From IMG/VR virus record IMGVR_UViG_3300031949_000611, positions 1-35,745 of that record: 35,745 nt of DNA, one strand, 5' to 3'. Origin of the DNA: a virus. Taxonomy: Duplodnaviria > Caudoviricetes. Shown here in pieces: positions 33,819 through 35,745 of this stretch. Position 1 is the stretch's first letter. Each line of letters starts with the position of its first letter. Under the pieces are notes generated by a model that was given only the letters and a program-made list of their open reading frames with translations, ran no database searches and was not told the DNA's origin. Made by a program: the position numbers and the translations under genes.

Positions 33819-34054
33819 GGAGCACCTGGCCTTCCCATATGCAGCAAGAGCAGATCGTAGAGGTTCTTCGTTGTCGAGGTGACTCCTTCGAGCGCCGACG
33901 TAAGCTGCCTTCGCTCCTCACGATGCGCTTCGCGCTCCTCACGCATGGCTTTCTGGGACTGCGTAAAGATCAAGCTGACAAGGCCGAGCGCGGCGAGGGC
34001 GACGGCTGCTGCGCCACTAGCTTCGGCTGGGCCGATCTGAAGAAGAGGGATCAC
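33815..34054 (-). CDS. Single-TM + coiled-coil protein (BhlA-like holin architecture)
   Basis: AAAVALAALGLVSLIF followed by the charged helix REEREAHREERRQL. Confidence 0.6.
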   Translation of the reverse strand: MIPLLQIGPAEASGAAAVALAALGLVSLIFTQSQKAMREEREAHREERRQLTSALEGVTSTTKNLYDLLLLHMGRPGAP

Positions 34055-34155
34055 TTCTTCAGCTGCTCCCGTAGTTGAGAAAACGGAGTCAAAAGAACCT
34101 GCGCAAGCGCACCTGTTGGGGGAAACCCTCGAATGACCCTAACCTTCTTCGGCAT
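34051..34155 (-). CDS. 34-aa mini-ORF directly downstream of the ART domain (not in ORF track)
   Basis: MPKKVRVIRGFPPTGALAQVLLTPFSQLREQLKK; ATG 2 nt after the MuF-ART stop; GTGA overlap with the next gene. Confidence 0.5.
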   Translation of the reverse strand: MPKKVRVIRGFPPTGALAQVLLTPFSQLREQLKK

Positions 34156-34157
34156 CT

Positions 34158-35745
34158 TCACCCTTCCAGTTCTAGAAAAATGCTGTTCCCCTCACGGCGC
34201 ACTTCAACAATAGTAAATCTTCCGGCGGAAACTACCTCCCGCTCTCGATACCTAGGGTCACTTCTTCGAAGACTTGATTGAACATCATAGCCGCGACTAT
34301 TCCTGACTGATATATGAACCTCAACCGGCCTCCCGCTAGGATCCGCTTGTCTCATACGTTGAGCAAAGCCACGCCCAACCTTTGCATCCTTCGAGAATGA
34401 TGTGAGAGGAAGAGTGTATGACTGGCCTTTCTGATACGCAAGAAGATTACTTGCGTCCTGTTCGGAAACTGCCATTCCCCTGAAAAGCGTTTTCCAACGT
34501 GGCCCTTCGGAAATGGCATTATGAAGAGAGGCAGCTTGACGATGAATATCGGGGTCGAACGCCTTAGGATTCTCGAAGAGAAGCTGCGAATGTCTTTGCA
34601 TATCCCTCGACACCGAACTGCTCGATGACCAGAACTCAGCAGCTTCTTTCCGTTCTTTCTCTGTGCCGACGGTAGAGAATGTTGGTATGTCATCATCTAC
34701 GACTGCTCTCGTAAGTACAGGTTCGCATCCCTCTTGCTTCGCACGTGCCCCTTCAAGCGTCGGAGGACACACAACAGGCGCAAGCCAGCACCGGCAGCTC
34801 GGATGAAGAGGGGGAACGAACTCCTCTGCGCCGAGAGCGTAACGCTGGCCGAGCAGCGCAGAGCAGCGCCCTTCGACACGCTCATCGTTCGCCGTGCGCC
34901 ATTCGACCGTCTCGACGATACCGGAGCTGGCGTAGGCGCGCCTGTTGCCTTCGGCATAGAGCCTCGTGGTCTCGGTAGTGGCGATGACCTTCGCCCGCGC
35001 TTGTCCGAAGAGCGGAGCGATCTTCTGCTCAAGGTCGCGCAGCCGCCCGCCAGTGGCGATATGCTCGCTGAGGGCGCTACGAAGCTGACGCTGCGTCGTG
35101 CTGGAGAACTGCTCCCACCACTCGCCTCCGTACTCCTGAGCGAGAGCGAGAGCCTCTTGATGCACAAGCTCGAAATCCACGGGAAGGCCGAGTTGCGCCG
35201 CCTGCGTCGCGCCCTGTTCGAGGAGCGCCAGCGCCGATGTCTCGACCTGCGCTAGCTCAGCAGTGCGCGCAGCCTCCCACCAAGCAGGGTCGCCGAAGGC
35301 GTTCATGTCCTTCTGAGCAGCGAGCACTGGGTCAGAGCGTAGCTCAGCGCGGACGCGACGCCACAGGCCCGCGAATCCCTTCGCGAGCATCGTGGCGTAA
35401 GCCTCCTCAGCCGCGCGCCATTCGTCCTCGAACGGGCCAGCGGGCGGAGGTGCATCGTAGTCGCCTTCGGGAATGCCCTGCGCCTTCTCGCCCGTGAGCA
35501 AGACCTCACCAACAGGCTCATTCTTTCCGAACAGGGTCAGCGAAGAGATTGTCACGGGCGTCGGCTCAAGGCGCTGCACAGGCATCTTCGTCGCGCCAGG
35601 CTTGAGATACGCGAGCGTCACATGCGGCGTAAATCCATGGTCGTTCGCGTAGACGACGCCGCGCTCGCGCAACTCGTAGACCAGAGCCTCGCGCAGCCGC
35701 GTCAACTCGGGTACGTCGATAAGCGCAATAACCGCATCGCCGTCG
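34158..35745 (-). CDS. Minor head protein fusion: 2H phosphoesterase + MuF + ADP-ribosyltransferase (5'-partial)
   Basis: Frame is open to the window edge (DGDAVIALIDVPELTRLR...). 2H motif: HGFTPHVTLAY. MuF: RAKVIATTETTR...EWRTANDERV...PPLHPSCRC. R-S-E ART: LFRGM, LTSFS, EREVV. Confidence 0.85.
   Translation of the reverse strand, partial: DGDAVIALIDVPELTRLREALVYELRERGVVYANDHGFTPHVTLAYLKPGATKMPVQRLEPTPVTISSLTLFGKNEPVGEVLLTGEKAQGIPEGDYDAPPPAGPFEDEWRAAEEAYATMLAKGFAGLWRRVRAELRSDPVLAAQKDMNAFGDPAWWEAARTAELAQVETSALALLEQGATQAAQLGLPVDFELVHQEALALAQEYGGEWWEQFSSTTQRQLRSALSEHIATGGRLRDLEQKIAPLFGQARAKVIATTETTRLYAEGNRRAYASSGIVETVEWRTANDERVEGRCSALLGQRYALGAEEFVPPLHPSCRCWLAPVVCPPTLEGARAKQEGCEPVLTRAVVDDDIPTFSTVGTEKERKEAAEFWSSSSSVSRDMQRHSQLLFENPKAFDPDIHRQAASLHNAISEGPRWKTLFRGMAVSEQDASNLLAYQKGQSYTLPLTSFSKDAKVGRGFAQRMRQADPSGRPVEVHISVRNSRGYDVQSSLRRSDPRYREREVVSAGRFTIVEVRREGNSIFLELEG

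Larger units (their letters stand above)
1..35745 (-). mobile_element. Tailed phage/prophage structural region (siphovirus-like)
   Basis: Co-oriented, translationally coupled head, tail and fibre genes (MuF, protease, capsid, tail tube, chaperone, tape measure, Dit, spikes). No sheath, integrase, att site or host gene is visible, so phage versus prophage cannot be decided. Confidence 0.95.

Overview
This window is the virion-assembly arm of a GC-rich tailed phage or prophage. It looks siphovirus-like (tape measure, Dit, hub, no sheath), and every credible gene is on the minus strand, mostly coupled by ATGA/GTGA/TGATG overlaps. In transcription order (right to left): a 5'-truncated head protein fusing a 2H-phosphoesterase, MuF and an R-S-E ADP-ribosyltransferase; small membrane/holin-like ORFs; an Ig-like protein; an HK97 gp10-like protein; a ChaB/Zn-ribbon/prohead-protease/scaffold polyprotein; and the major capsid protein. 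Next comes a ~9.5 kb glycan cluster between the capsid and head-tail genes. It encodes a UDP-GlcNAc 4,6-dehydratase, an RmlD-fold reductase, six glycosyltransferase domains in four genes, a methyltransferase, a papain-like protease, a holin-like protein and Cys/His mini-ORFs. After that come a homing endonuclease, a head-tail protein, a tail tube with a beta-propeller, a tail chaperone with a probable +1 frameshift, tape measure, Dit, hub, and several fibre/spike genes (collagen, C1q-like, beta-helix). The last gene is a 3'-truncated tailspike missing from the ORF track. The strongest candidates for novel biology are a largely self-contained virion-glycosylation system with its own 6-deoxy-HexNAc pathway and the three-domain MuF effector. 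All family calls come from recognising motifs by eye; no searches were run and the host cannot be determined from this window.
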